NCBI GenBank assembly: GCA_964016885.1 | Contig: OZ024744.1 | Coordinates: 5,022,001 to 5,086,000, forward strand | Length of the DNA stretch: 64,000 nt | Direction: 5' to 3' | Source: Eledone cirrhosa | Lineage: Eukaryota | In this document: positions 1-11,500 of the stretch, one piece after another | Numbering within the stretch: the stretch's first letter is position 1 | Layout of the letters: each line of letters starts with the position of its first letter | Program-made: the position numbers and the translations under genes | The notes under the pieces: model-generated | Told to the model about the DNA's origin: nothing | What the model saw: only the letters and a program-made list of their open reading frames with translations | Databases searched by the model: none

Positions 1-3000
1 GTCTATGTTGGTAGACATTGGTGTTGGTAGCAGAGTTCTATCTTGGTAGACAGTGGTGTTGGTAGCAGAGGTCTATGTTGGTAGACAGTGGTGTTGGTAA
101 TAGAGGTCTATCTTGGTAGACAGTGGTGTTGGTAGCAGATGTCTATCTTGGTAGACAGTGGTGTTGGTAGCAGAGGTCTATCTTGGTAGACAGTGGTGTT
201 GGTAGCAGAGGTCGATCTTGGTAGACAGTGGTGTTGGTAGCAGAGGTCTATCTTGGTAGACAGTGGTGTTGGTAGCAGATGTCTATCTTGGTAGACAGTG
301 GTGTTGGTAGCAGAGATCTATCTTGGTAGACAGTGGTGTTGGTAGCAGAGGTCGATCTTGGTAGACAGTGGTGTTGGTAGCAGAGGTCGATCTTGGTAGA
401 CAGTGGTGTTGGTAGCAGAGGTCTATCTTGGTAGACAGTGGTGTTGGTAGCAGAGGTCTATGTTGGTAGACAGTGGTGTTGGTAGCAGAGGTATATCTTG
501 GTAGGCAGTGGTGTTGGTAGCAGAGCTCTATCTTGGTAGACAGTGGTGTTGGTAGCAGAGGTCTATCTTGGTAGACAGTGGTGTTGGTAGCAGAGGTCTT
601 TCTTGGTAGACAGTGGTGTTGGTAGCAGAGGTCTATGTTGGTAGAAAGTGAGGTTGGTAGCAGAGGTCTATCTTGGTAGAAAGTGGTGTTGGTAGGAGAG
701 GTCTATCTTGGTAGACAGTGGTGTTGGTAGCAGAGGTCTATCTTGGTAGACAGTGGTGTTGGTAGCAGAGGTCTATATTGGTAGACAGTGGTGTTGGTAG
801 CAGATGTCTATCTTGGTAGACAGTGGTGTTGGTAGCAGAGGTCTATCTTGGTAGACAGTGGTGGTGGTAGCAGAGGTCTATCTTGTTAGACAGTGTTGTT
901 GGTAGCAGAGGTCTATCTTAGTAGACAGTGGTGTTGGTAGCAGAGGTCTATCCTGGTAGACAGTGGTGTTGGTAGCAGAGGTCTATCTTGGTAGACAGTA
1001 GTGTTGGTAGCAGAGGTCTATCTTGGTAGACAGTGGTGTTGGTAGCTGAGGTCTAACTTGGTAGACAGTGGTGTTGGTAGCAGAGGTCTATCTTAGTAGA
1101 CAGTGGTGTTGGTAGCAGAGGTCTACCTTGGTAGACAGTGGTGTCGGTAGCAGAGCTCTATCCTGGTAGACAGTGGTGTTGGTAGCAGAGGTCTATCTTG
1201 GTAGACAGTGAGGTTGGTAGCAGAGGTCTATGTTGGTAGACAGTGGTGTCGGTAGCAGAGCTCTATCTTGGTAGACAGTGGTGTTGGTAGCAGAAGTCTA
1301 TCTTGGTAGACAGTGAGGTTGGGAGCAGAGGTCTATGTTGGTAGACAGTGGTGTTGGTAGCAGAGGTCTATCTTGGTAGACAGTGGTGTTGGTAGGAGAG
1401 GTATATCTTGGTAGACAGTGGTGTTGGTAGCAGAGGTCTATGTTGGTAGACAGTGGTGTTGGTAGCAGAGGTATATCTTGGTAGGCAGTGGTGTTGGTAG
1501 CAGAGCTCTATCTTGGTAGACAGTGGTGTTGGTAGCAGAGGTCTATCTTGGTAGACAGTGGTGTTGGTAGCAGAGGTCTATGTTAGTAGAAAGTGAGGTT
1601 GGTAGCAGAGGTCTATCTTGGTAGACAGTGAGGGTGGTAGCAGAGGTCTATCTTGGTAAACAGAGGTGTTGGTAGCAGAGGTCTATCTTGGTAGACAGTG
1701 AGGTTGGTATCAAAGGTCTATCTTGGTAGACAGTGAGGTTGGTAGCAGAGGTCTATGTTGGTAGACAGTGGTGTTGGTAGCATAGGTCTATCTTGGTAGA
1801 CAGTGGTGTTGGTAGCAGAGGTCTATGTTGGTAGACAGTGGTGTTGGTAGTAGAGGTCTATCTTGGTAGACAGTGGTGTTGGTAGCAGATGTCTATCTTG
1901 GTAGACAGTGGTGTTGGTAGCAGAGGTCTATCTTGGTAGACAGTGGTGTTGGTAGCAAATATCTATCTTGGTAGACAGTGGTTTTGGTAGCAGAGGTCTA
2001 TGTTGGTAGACAGTGGTGTTGGTAGCAGAGGTCTATCTTGGTAGACAGTGGTGTTGGTAGCAGAGGTCTATCTTGGTAGACAGTGGTGTTGGTAGCAGAG
2101 GTCTATCTTGGTAGACAGTGGTGTTGGTAGCAGAGGTCTATCTTGGTAGACAGTGGTGTTGGTAGCAGAGGTCTATGTTGGTAGACAGTGAGGTTGGTAG
2201 CAGAGGTCTATGTTGGTAGACAGTGGTGTTGGTAGCAGAGGTCTATCTTGGTAGACAGTGGTGTTGGTAGAAGAGGTCTATGTTGGTAGACAGTGAGGTT
2301 GGTAGCAGAGGTCTATCTTGGTAGACAGTGAAGTTGGTAGCAGAGGTCTATCTTGGTAGACAGTGAGGGTGGTAGCAGAGGTCTATCTTGGTAGACAGTG
2401 GTGTTCGTAGCAGAGGTCTATCTTGGTAGACAGTGGTGTTGGTAGCAGAGGTCTAACTTGGTAGACAGTGAGGTTGGTAGCAGAGGTCTATCTTGGTAGA
2501 CAGTGGTGTTGGTATCAGAGGTCTATCTTGGTAGACAGTGGGGTGGGTAGCAGAGGTCTATGTTGGTAGACAGTGGTGTTGGTAGCAGAGGTCTATGTTG
2601 GTAGACAGTGGTGTTGGTAGCAGAGGTCTATGTTGGTAGACAGTGGTGTTGGTAGCAGAGGTTAATCTTGGTAGACAGTGGTGTTGGTAGCAGAGATATA
2701 TCTTGGTAGACAGTAGTGTTGGTAGCAGAGGTCTATGTTGGTAGACAGTGGTGTTTGTAGCAGAGGTCTATGTTGGTAGACAGTGGTGTTGGAAGCAGAG
2801 GTCTATCTTAGTAGACAGTGGTGTTGGTACTGAGGTCTATGTTGGTAGACAGTGAGGTTGGTAGCAGAGGTCTATATTGGTAGACAGTGAGGTTGGTAGC
2901 AGAGGTATATCTTGGTAGACAGTGAGGTTGGTAGCAGAGCTCTATCTTGGTAGACAGTGGTGTTGGTAGCAGAGGTCTATCTTGGTAGACAGTGGTGTTG

Positions 3001-6000
3001 GTAGCAGAGGTCTATCTTGGTAGACAGTGGTGTTGGTAGCAGAGGTCTATGTTGGTAGACAGTGGTGTTGGTAGCAGAGGTATATCTTGGTAGGCAGTGG
3101 TGTTGGTAGCAGAGCTCTATCTTGGTAGACAGTGGTGTTGGTAGCAGAGGTCTTTCTTGGTAGACAGTGGTGTTGCTAGCAGAGGTCTATGTTGGTAGAA
3201 AGTGAGGTTGGTAGCTGAGATCTATGTTGGTAGACAGTGGTTTTGGTAGCAGAAGTCTATCTTGGTAGACAGTGAGGTTGGTAGCAGAGGTCTATCTTGG
3301 TAGACAGTGGTGTTGGTAGCAGAGGTCTATCTTGGTAGACAGTGGTGTTGGTAGCAGAGGTCTATCTTGGTAGACAGTGGTGTTGGTAGCAGAAGTCTAT
3401 CTTGGTAGACAGTGGTGTTGGTAGCAGAGGTCTATCTTGGTAGACAGTGGTGTTGCTAGCAGAGGTCTATCTTGGTAGACAGTGGTGTTGCTAGCAAAGG
3501 TCTATGTTGGTAGACAGTGAGGTTGGTAGCAGAGGTCTATCTTGGTAGACAGTGAGGGTGGTTGCAGAGGTCTATCTTGGTAGACAGTGGTGTTGGTAGC
3601 AGAGGTCTAGCTTGGTAGACAGTGAGGTTGGTATCAGAGGTCTATCTTGGTAGACAGTGAGGTTGGTAGCAGAGGTCTATGTTGGTAGACAGTGGTGTTG
3701 GTAGCATAGGTCTATCTTGGTAGACAGTGGTGTTGGTAGCAGAGGTCTATGTTGGTAGACAGTGGTGTTGGTAGTAGAGGTCTATCTTGGTAGACAGTGG
3801 TGTTGGTAGCAGATGTCTATCTTGGTAGACAGTGGTGTTGGTAGCAGAGGTCTATCTTGGTAGACAGTGGTGTTGGTAGCAGATATCTATCTTGGTAGAC
3901 AGTGGTGTTGGTAGCAGAGGTCTATGTTGGTAGACAGTGGTGTTGGTAGCAGAGGTCTATCTTGGTAGTCAGTGGTGTTGGTAGCAGAGGTCTATCTTGG
4001 TAGACAGTGGTGTTGGTAGCAGAGGTCTATGTTGGTAGACAGTGAGGTTGGTAGCAGAGGTCTATCTTGGTAGACAGTGGTGTTGGTAGCAGAGGTCTAT
4101 GTTGGTAGACAGTGGTGTTGGTAGCAGAGGTCTATCTTGGTAGATAGTGAGGTTGGTAGTAGAGGTCTATGTTGGTAGACATTGGTGTTGGTAGCAGAGT
4201 TCTATCTTGGTAGACAGTGGTGTTGGTAGCAGAGGTCTATGTTGGTAGACAGTGGTGTTGGTAATAGAGGTCTATCTTGGTAGACAGTGGTGTTGGTAGC
4301 AGATGTCTATCTTGGTAGACAGTGGTGTTGGTACCAGAGGTCTATCTTGGTAGACAGTGGTGTTGGTAGGAGAGGTCTATCTTGGTAGACAGTGGTGTTG
4401 GTAGCAGAGGTCTATCTTGGTAGAAAGTGGTGTTGGTAGGAGAGGTCTATCTTGGTAGACAGTGGTGTTGGTAGCAGAGGTCTATCTTGGTAGACAGTGG
4501 TGTTGGTAGCAGAGGTCTATATTGGTAGACAGTGGTGTTGGTAGCAGATGTCTATCTTGGTAGACAGTGGTGTTGGTAGCAGAGGTCTATCTTGGTAGAC
4601 AGTGGTGGTGGTAGCAGAGGTCTATCTTGTTAGACAGTGTTGTTGGTAGCAGAGGTCTATCTTAGTAGACAGTGGTGTTGGTAGCAGAGGTCTATCCTGG
4701 TAGACAGTGGTGTTGGTAGCAGAGGTCTATCTTGGTAGACAGTGGTGTTGGTAGCTGAGGTCTAACTTGGTAGACAGTGGTGTTGGTAGCAGAGGTCTAT
4801 CTTAGTAGACAGTGGTTTGGTAGCAGAGGTCTACCTTGGTAGACAGTGGTGTCGGTAGCAGAGCTCTATCCTGGTAGACAGTGGTGTTGGTAGCAGAGGT
4901 CTATCTTGGTAGACAGTGAGGTTGGTAGCAGAGGTCTATGTTGGTAGACAGTGGTGTCGGTAGCAGAGCTCTATCTTGGTAGACAGTGGTGTTGGTAGCA
5001 GAAGTCTATCATGGTAGACAGTGAGGTTGGGAGCAGAGGTCTATGTTGGTAGACAGTGGTGTTGGTAGCAGAGGTCTATCTTGGTAGACAGTGGTGTTGG
5101 TAGCAGAGGTTTATCTTGGTAGACAGTGGTGTTGGTAGCAGAGGTCTATGTTGGTAGACAGTGGTGTTGGTAGCAGAGGTATATCTTGGTAGGCAGTGGT
5201 GTTGGTAGCAGAGCTCTATCTTGGTAGACAGTGGTGTTGGTAGCAGAGGTCTATCTTGGTAGACAGTGGTGTTGGTAGCAGAGGTCTTTCTTGGTAGACA
5301 GTGGTGTTGGTAGCAGAGGTCTATGTTGGTAGAAAGTGAGGTTGGTAGCAGAGGTCTATCTTGGTAGACAATGAGGTTGGTAGCAGAGGTCTATGTTGGT
5401 AGACAGTGGTGTTGGTAGCATAGGTCTATCTTGGTAGACAGTGGTGTTGGTAGCAGAGGTCTATGTTGGTAGACAGTGGTGTTGGTAGTAGAGGTCTATC
5501 TTGGTAGACAGTGGTGTTGGTAGCAGATGTCTATCTTGGTAGACAGTGGTGTTGGTAGCAGAGGTCTATCTTGGTAGACAGTGGTGTTGGTAGCAAATAT
5601 CTATCTTGGTAGACAGTGTTGTTGGTAGCAGAGTTCTATGTTGGTAGACAGTGGTGTTGGTAGCAGAGGTCTATCTTGGTAGACAGTGAGGGTGGTTGCA
5701 GAGGTCTATCTTGGTAGACAGTGGTGTTGGTAGCAGAGGTCTATCTTGGTAGACAGTGAGGTTGGTATCAGAGGTCTATCTTGGTAGACAGTGAGGTTGG
5801 TAGCAGAGGTCTATGTTGGTAGACAGTGGTGTTGGTAGCATAGGTCTATCTTGGTAGACAGTGGTGTTGGTAGCAGAGGTCTATGTTGGTAGACAGTGGT
5901 GTTGGTAGTAGAGGTCTATCTTGGTAGACAGTGGTGTTGGTAGCAGATGTCTATCTTGGTAGACAGTGGTGTTGGTAGCAGAGGTTAATCTTGGTAGACA

Positions 6001-8571
6001 GTGGTGTTGGTAGCAGAGGTCTATGTTGGTAGACAGTGGTGTTGATAGCAGAGGTTAATCTTGGTAGACAGTGGTGTTGGTAGCAGAGGTCTATTTTGGT
6101 AGACAGTGGTGTTGGTAGAAGAGGTCTATCTTGGTAGACAGTGGTGTTGGTAGCAGAGATCTATGTTGGTAGACAGTGGTGTTGGTAGCAGAGGTCTATC
6201 TTAGTAGACAGTGGTGTTGGTAGCAGAGGTCTATCTTGGTAGACAGTGAAGTTGGTAGCAGAGGTCTATCTTGGTAGACAGTGAGGTTGGTAGCAGAGGT
6301 CTATCTTGGTAGACAGTGGTGTTGGTAGCAGAGGTCTATCTTGGTAGACAGTGAGGTTGGTAACAGAGGTCTATCTTGGTAGACAGTGGTGTTGTAGCAG
6401 AGGTCTATCTCGGTAGACAGTGAAGTTGGTAGCAGAGGTCTATGCTGGTAGACAGTGGTGTTGGTAGCAGAGGTCTATCTTGGTAGACAGTGGTGTTGGT
6501 AGCAGAGGTCTATCTTGGTAGACAGTGCTGTTGGTAGCAGAGGTCTATGTTGGTAGACAGTGAGGTTGGTAGCAGAGGTCTATCTTGGTAGATAGTGATG
6601 TTGGTAGCAGAGGTCTATCTTGGTAGACAGTGAGGTTGGTATGAGAGGTCTATCTTGGTAGACAGTGGTGTTGGTAGCAGAGGTCTATCTTGGTAGATAG
6701 TGAGGTTGGTAGTAGAGGTCTATGTTGGTAGACATTGGTGTTGGTAGCAGAGTTCTATCTTGGTAGACAGTGGTGTTGGTAATAGAGGTCTATCTTGGTA
6801 GACAGTGGTGTTGGTAGCAGATGTCTATCTTGGTAGACAGTGGTGTTGGTAGCAGAGGTCTATCTTGGTAGACAGTGGTGTTGGTAGCAGAGGTCTATCT
6901 TGGTAGACAGTGGTGTTGGTAGCAGAGGTTTATCTTGGTAGACAGTGGTGTTGGTAGCATATGTCTATCTTGGTAGACAGTGGTGTTGGTAGCAGAGGTC
7001 TTTCTTGGTAGACAGTGGTGTTGGTAGCAGAGGTCTATGTTGGTAGAAAGTGAGGTTGGTAGCAGAGGTCTATCTTGGTAGACAGTGGTGTTGGTAGCAG
7101 AGGTCTATCTTGGTAGACAGTGATGTTGGTAGAAGAGGTCTATGTTGGTAGAAAGTGAGGTTGGTAGCAGAGGTCTATCTTGGTAGACAGTGGTGTTGGT
7201 AGCAGAGGTTTATATTGGTAGACAGTGGTGTTGGTAGCAGAGGTTTATCTTGGTAGACATTGAGGTTGGTAGCAGAGGTCTATCTTGGTAGACAGTGGTG
7301 TTGGTAGCAGAGGTCTATGTTGGTAGACAGTGGAGTTGGTAGCAGAGGTCTATCTTGGTAGACAGTGGTGTTGGTAGCAGAGGTCTATATTGGTAGACAG
7401 TGGTGTTGGTAGCAGAGGTCTATCTTGGTAGACAGTGAGGTTGGTAGCAGAGGTCTATCTTCGTAGACAGTGAGGTTGGTAGCAGAGGTCTATCTTGGTA
7501 GACAGTGGTGTTGGTAGCAGAGGTCTATGTTGGTAGACAGTGAGGTTGGTAGCAGAGGTCTATCTTGGTAGACAGTGAAGTTGGTAGCAGAGGTCTATCT
7601 TGGTAGACAGTGAGGGTGGTAGCAGAGGTCTATCTTGGTAGACAGTGGTGTTCGTAGCAGAGGTCTATCTTGGTAGACAGTGGTGTTGGTAGCAGAGGTC
7701 TATCTTGGTAGACAGTGAGGTTGGTAGCAGAGGTCTATCTTGGTAGACAGTGGTGTTGGTAGCAGAGGTCTATCTTGGTAGACAGTGGGGTGGGTAGCAG
7801 AGGTCTATCTTGGTAGACAGTGGTGTTGGTAGCAGAGGTCTATCTTGGTAGACAGTGGTGTTGGTAGCAGAGGTCTATGTTGGTAGACAGTGGTGTTGGT
7901 AGCAGAGGTTAATCTTGGTAGACAGTGGTGTTGGTAGCAGAGGTCTATCTTGGTAGACAGTGGTGTTGGTAGCAGAGATCTATCTTGGTAGACAGTAGTG
8001 TTGGTAGCAGAGGTCTATGTTGGTAGACAGTGGTGTTTGTAGCAGAGGTCTATGTTGGTAGACAGTGGTGTTGGAAGCAGAGGTCTATCTTAGTAGACAG
8101 TGGTGTTGGTACATAGGTCTATGTTGGTAGACAGTGAGGTTGGTAGCAGAGGTCTATATTGGTAGACAGTGAGGTTGGTAGCAGAGGTCTATCTTGGTAG
8201 ACAGTGAGGTTGGTAGCAGAGCTCTATCTTGGTAGAAAGTGGTGTTGGTAGCAGAGGTCTATGTTGGTAGACAGTGGTGTTGGTAGCAGAGGTTTATCTT
8301 GGTAGACAGTGGTGTTGGTAGCAGAGGTCTATGTTGGTAGACAGTGGTGTTGGTAGCAGAGGTATATCTTGGTAGGCAGTGGTGTTGGTAGCAGAGCTCT
8401 ATCTTGGTAGACAGTGGTGTTGGTAGCAGAGGTCTTTCTTGGTAGACAGTGGTGTTGCTAGCAGAGGTCTATGTTGGTAGAAAGTGAGGTTGGTAGCTGA
8501 GGTCTATGTTGGTAGACAGTGGTGTTGGTAGCAGAAGTCTATCTTGGTAGACAGTGAGGTTGTTAGCAGAG
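1..8571. repeat. Higher-order unit, copy A (~245 monomers)
   Basis: Ordered rare markers GGTACTGAGG (2830), TCTAGCTTGG (3610), GGTACC (4330), GTGGTTTGG deletion (~4815), ATCATGG (5011), GACAATGAGG (~5370), TATGAGAGG (~6641), GGTACATAGG (8112). The same order recurs in copies B and C and partly in D. Confidence 0.85.
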
Positions 8572-11500
8572 GTCTATGTTGGTAGACATTGGTGTTGGTA
8601 GCAGAGTTCTATCTTGGTAGACAGTGGTGTTGGTAGCAGAGGTCTATGTTGGTAGACAGTGGTGTTGGTAATAGAGGTCTATTTTGGTAGACAGTGGTGT
8701 TGGTAGCAGAGGTCTATCTTGGTAGACAGTGGTGTTGGTAGCAGAGGTCGATCTTGGTAGACAGTGGTGTTGGTAGCAGAGGTCTATCTTGGTAGACAGT
8801 GGTGTTGGTAGCAGATGTCTATCTTGGTAGACAGTGGTGTTGGTAGCAGAGATCTATCTTGGTAGACAGTGGTGTTGGTAGCAGAGGTCGATCTTGGTAG
8901 ACAGTGGTGTTGGTAGCAGAGGTCGATCTTGGTAGACAGTGGTGTTGGTAGCAGAGGTCTATCTTGGTAGACAGTGGTGTTGGTAGCAGAGGTCTATGTT
9001 GGTAGACAGTGGTGTTGGTAGCAGAGGTATATCTTGGTAGGCAGTGGTGTTGGTAGCAGAGCTCTATCTTGGTAGACAGTGGTGTTGGTAGCAGAGGTCT
9101 ATCTTGGTAGACAGTGGTGTTGGTAGCAGAGGTCTTTCTTGGTAGACAGTGGTGTTGGTAGCAGAGGTCTATGTTGGTAGAAAGTGAGGTTGGTAGCAGA
9201 GGTCTATCTTGGTAGAAAGTGGTGTTGGTAGGAGAGGTCTATCTTGGTAGACAGTGGTGTTGGTAGCAGAGGTCTATCTTGGTAGACAGTGGTGTTGGTA
9301 GCAGAGGTCTATATTGGTAGACAGTGGTGTTGGTAGCAGATGTCTATCTTGGTAGACAGTGGTGTTGGTAGCAGAGGTCTATCTTGGTAGACAGTGGTGG
9401 TGGTAGCAGAGGTCTATCTTGTTAGACAGTGTTGTTGGTAGCAGAGGTCTATCTTAGTAGACAGTGGTGTTGGTAGCAGAGGTCTATCCTGGTAGACAGT
9501 GGTGTTGGTAGCAGAGGTCTATCTTGGTAGACAGTAGTGTTGGTAGCAGAGGTCTATCTTGGTAGACAGTGGTGTTGGTAGCTGAGGTCTAACTTGGTAG
9601 ACAGTGGTGTTGGTAGCAGAGGTCTATCTTAGTAGACAGTGGTGTTGGTAGCAGAGGTCTACCTTGGTAGACAGTGGTGTCGGTAGCAGAGCTCTATCCT
9701 GGTAGACAGTGGTGTTGGTAGCAGAGGTCTATCTTGGTAGACAGTGAGGTTGGTAGCAGAGGTCTATGTTGGTAGACAGTGGTGTCGGTAGCAGAGCTCT
9801 ATCTTGGTAGACAGTGGTGTTGGTAGCAGAAGTCTATCTTGGTAGACAGTGAGGTTGGGAGCAGAGGTCTATGTTCGTAGACAGTGGTGTTGGTAGCAGA
9901 GGTCTATCTTGGTAGACAGTGGTGTTGGTAGGAGAGGTTTATCTTGGTAGACAGTGGTGTTGGTAGCAGAGGTCTATGTTGGTAGACAGTGGTGTTGGTA
10001 GCAGAGGTATATCTTGGTAGGCAGTGGTGTTGGTAGCAGAGCTCTATCTTGGTAGACAGTGGTGTTGGTAGCAGAGGTCTATCTTGGTAGACAGTGGTGT
10101 TGGTAGCAGAGGTCTATGTTAGTAGAAAGTGAGGTTGGTAGCAGAGGTCTATCTTGGTAGACAGTGAGGGTGGTAGCAGAGGTCTATCTTGGTAAACAGA
10201 GGTGTTGGTAGCAGAGGTCTATCTTGGTAGACAGTGAGGTTGGTATCAGAGGTCTATCTTGGTAGACAGTGAGGTTGGTAGCAGAGGTCTATGTTGGTAG
10301 ACAGTGGTGTTGGTAGCATAGGTCTATCTTGGTAGACAGTGGTGTTGGTAGCAGAGGTCTATGTTGGTAGACAGTGGTGTTGGTAGTAGAGGTCTATCTT
10401 GGTAGACAGTGGTGTTGGTAGCAGATGTCTATCTTGGTAGACAGTGGTGTTGGTAGCAGAGGTCTATCTTGGTAGACAGTGGTGTTGGTAGCAAATATCT
10501 ATCTTGGTAGACAGTGGTGTTGGTAGCAGAGGTCTATGTTGGTAGACAGTGGTGTTGGTAGCAGAGGTCTATCTTGGTAGACAGTGGTGTTGGTAGCAGA
10601 GGTCTATCTTGGTAGACAGTGGTGTTGGTAGCAGAGGTCTATCTTGGTAGACAGTGGTGTTGGTAGCAGAGGTCTATCTTGGTAGACAGTGGTGTTGGTA
10701 GCAGAGGTCTATGTTGGTAGACAGTGAGGTTGGTAGCAGAGGTCTATGTTGGTAGACAGTGGTGTTGGTAGCAGAGGTCTATCTTGGTAGACAGTGGTGT
10801 TGGTAGAAGAGGTCTATGTTGGTAGACAGTGAGGTTGGTAGCAGAGGTCTATCTTGGTAGACAGTGAAGTTGGTAGCAGAGGTCTATCTTGGTAGACAGT
10901 GAGGGTGGTAGCAGAGGTCTATCTTGGTAGACAGTGGTGTTCGTAGCAGAGGTCTATCTTGGTAGACAGTGGTGTTGGTAGCAGAGGTCTAACTTGGTAG
11001 ACAGTGAGGTTGGTAGCAGAGGTCTATCTTGGTAGACAGTGGTGTTGGTAGCAGAGGTCTATCTTGGTAGACAGTGGGGTGGGTAGCAGAGGTCTATGTT
11101 GGTAGACAGTGGTGTTGGTAGCAGAGGTCTATGTTGGTAGACAGTGGTGTTGGTAGCAGAGGTCTATGTTGGTAGACAGTGGTGTTGGTAGCAGAGGTTA
11201 ATCTTGGTAGACAGTGGTGTTGGTAGCAGAGATCTATCTTGGTAGACAGTAGTGTTGGTAGCAGAGGTCTATGTTGGTAGACAGTGGTGTTTGTAGCAGA
11301 GGTCTATGTTGGTAGACAGTGGTGTTGGAAGCAGAGGTCTATCTTAGTAGACAGTGGTGTTGGTACTGAGGTCTATGTTGGTAGACAGTGAGGTTGGTAG
11401 CAGAGGTCTATATTGGTAGACAGTGAGGTTGGTAGCAGAGGTATATCTTGGTAGACAGTGAGGTTGGTAGCAGAGCTCTATCTTGGTAGACAGTGGTGTT

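Noticed and set aside
421-436. Inverted pair of SMAD-binding-like GTCT/AGAC boxes in each monomer
   Set aside because: These are 4-bp motifs that occur readily by chance, the host is unknown, and there is no supporting context.
491-506. Possible compensatory change in the hairpin (GTATA...TAGGC variant)
   Set aside because: The two substitutions (positions 3 and 15) are not a pairing couple, so they do not restore the stem.
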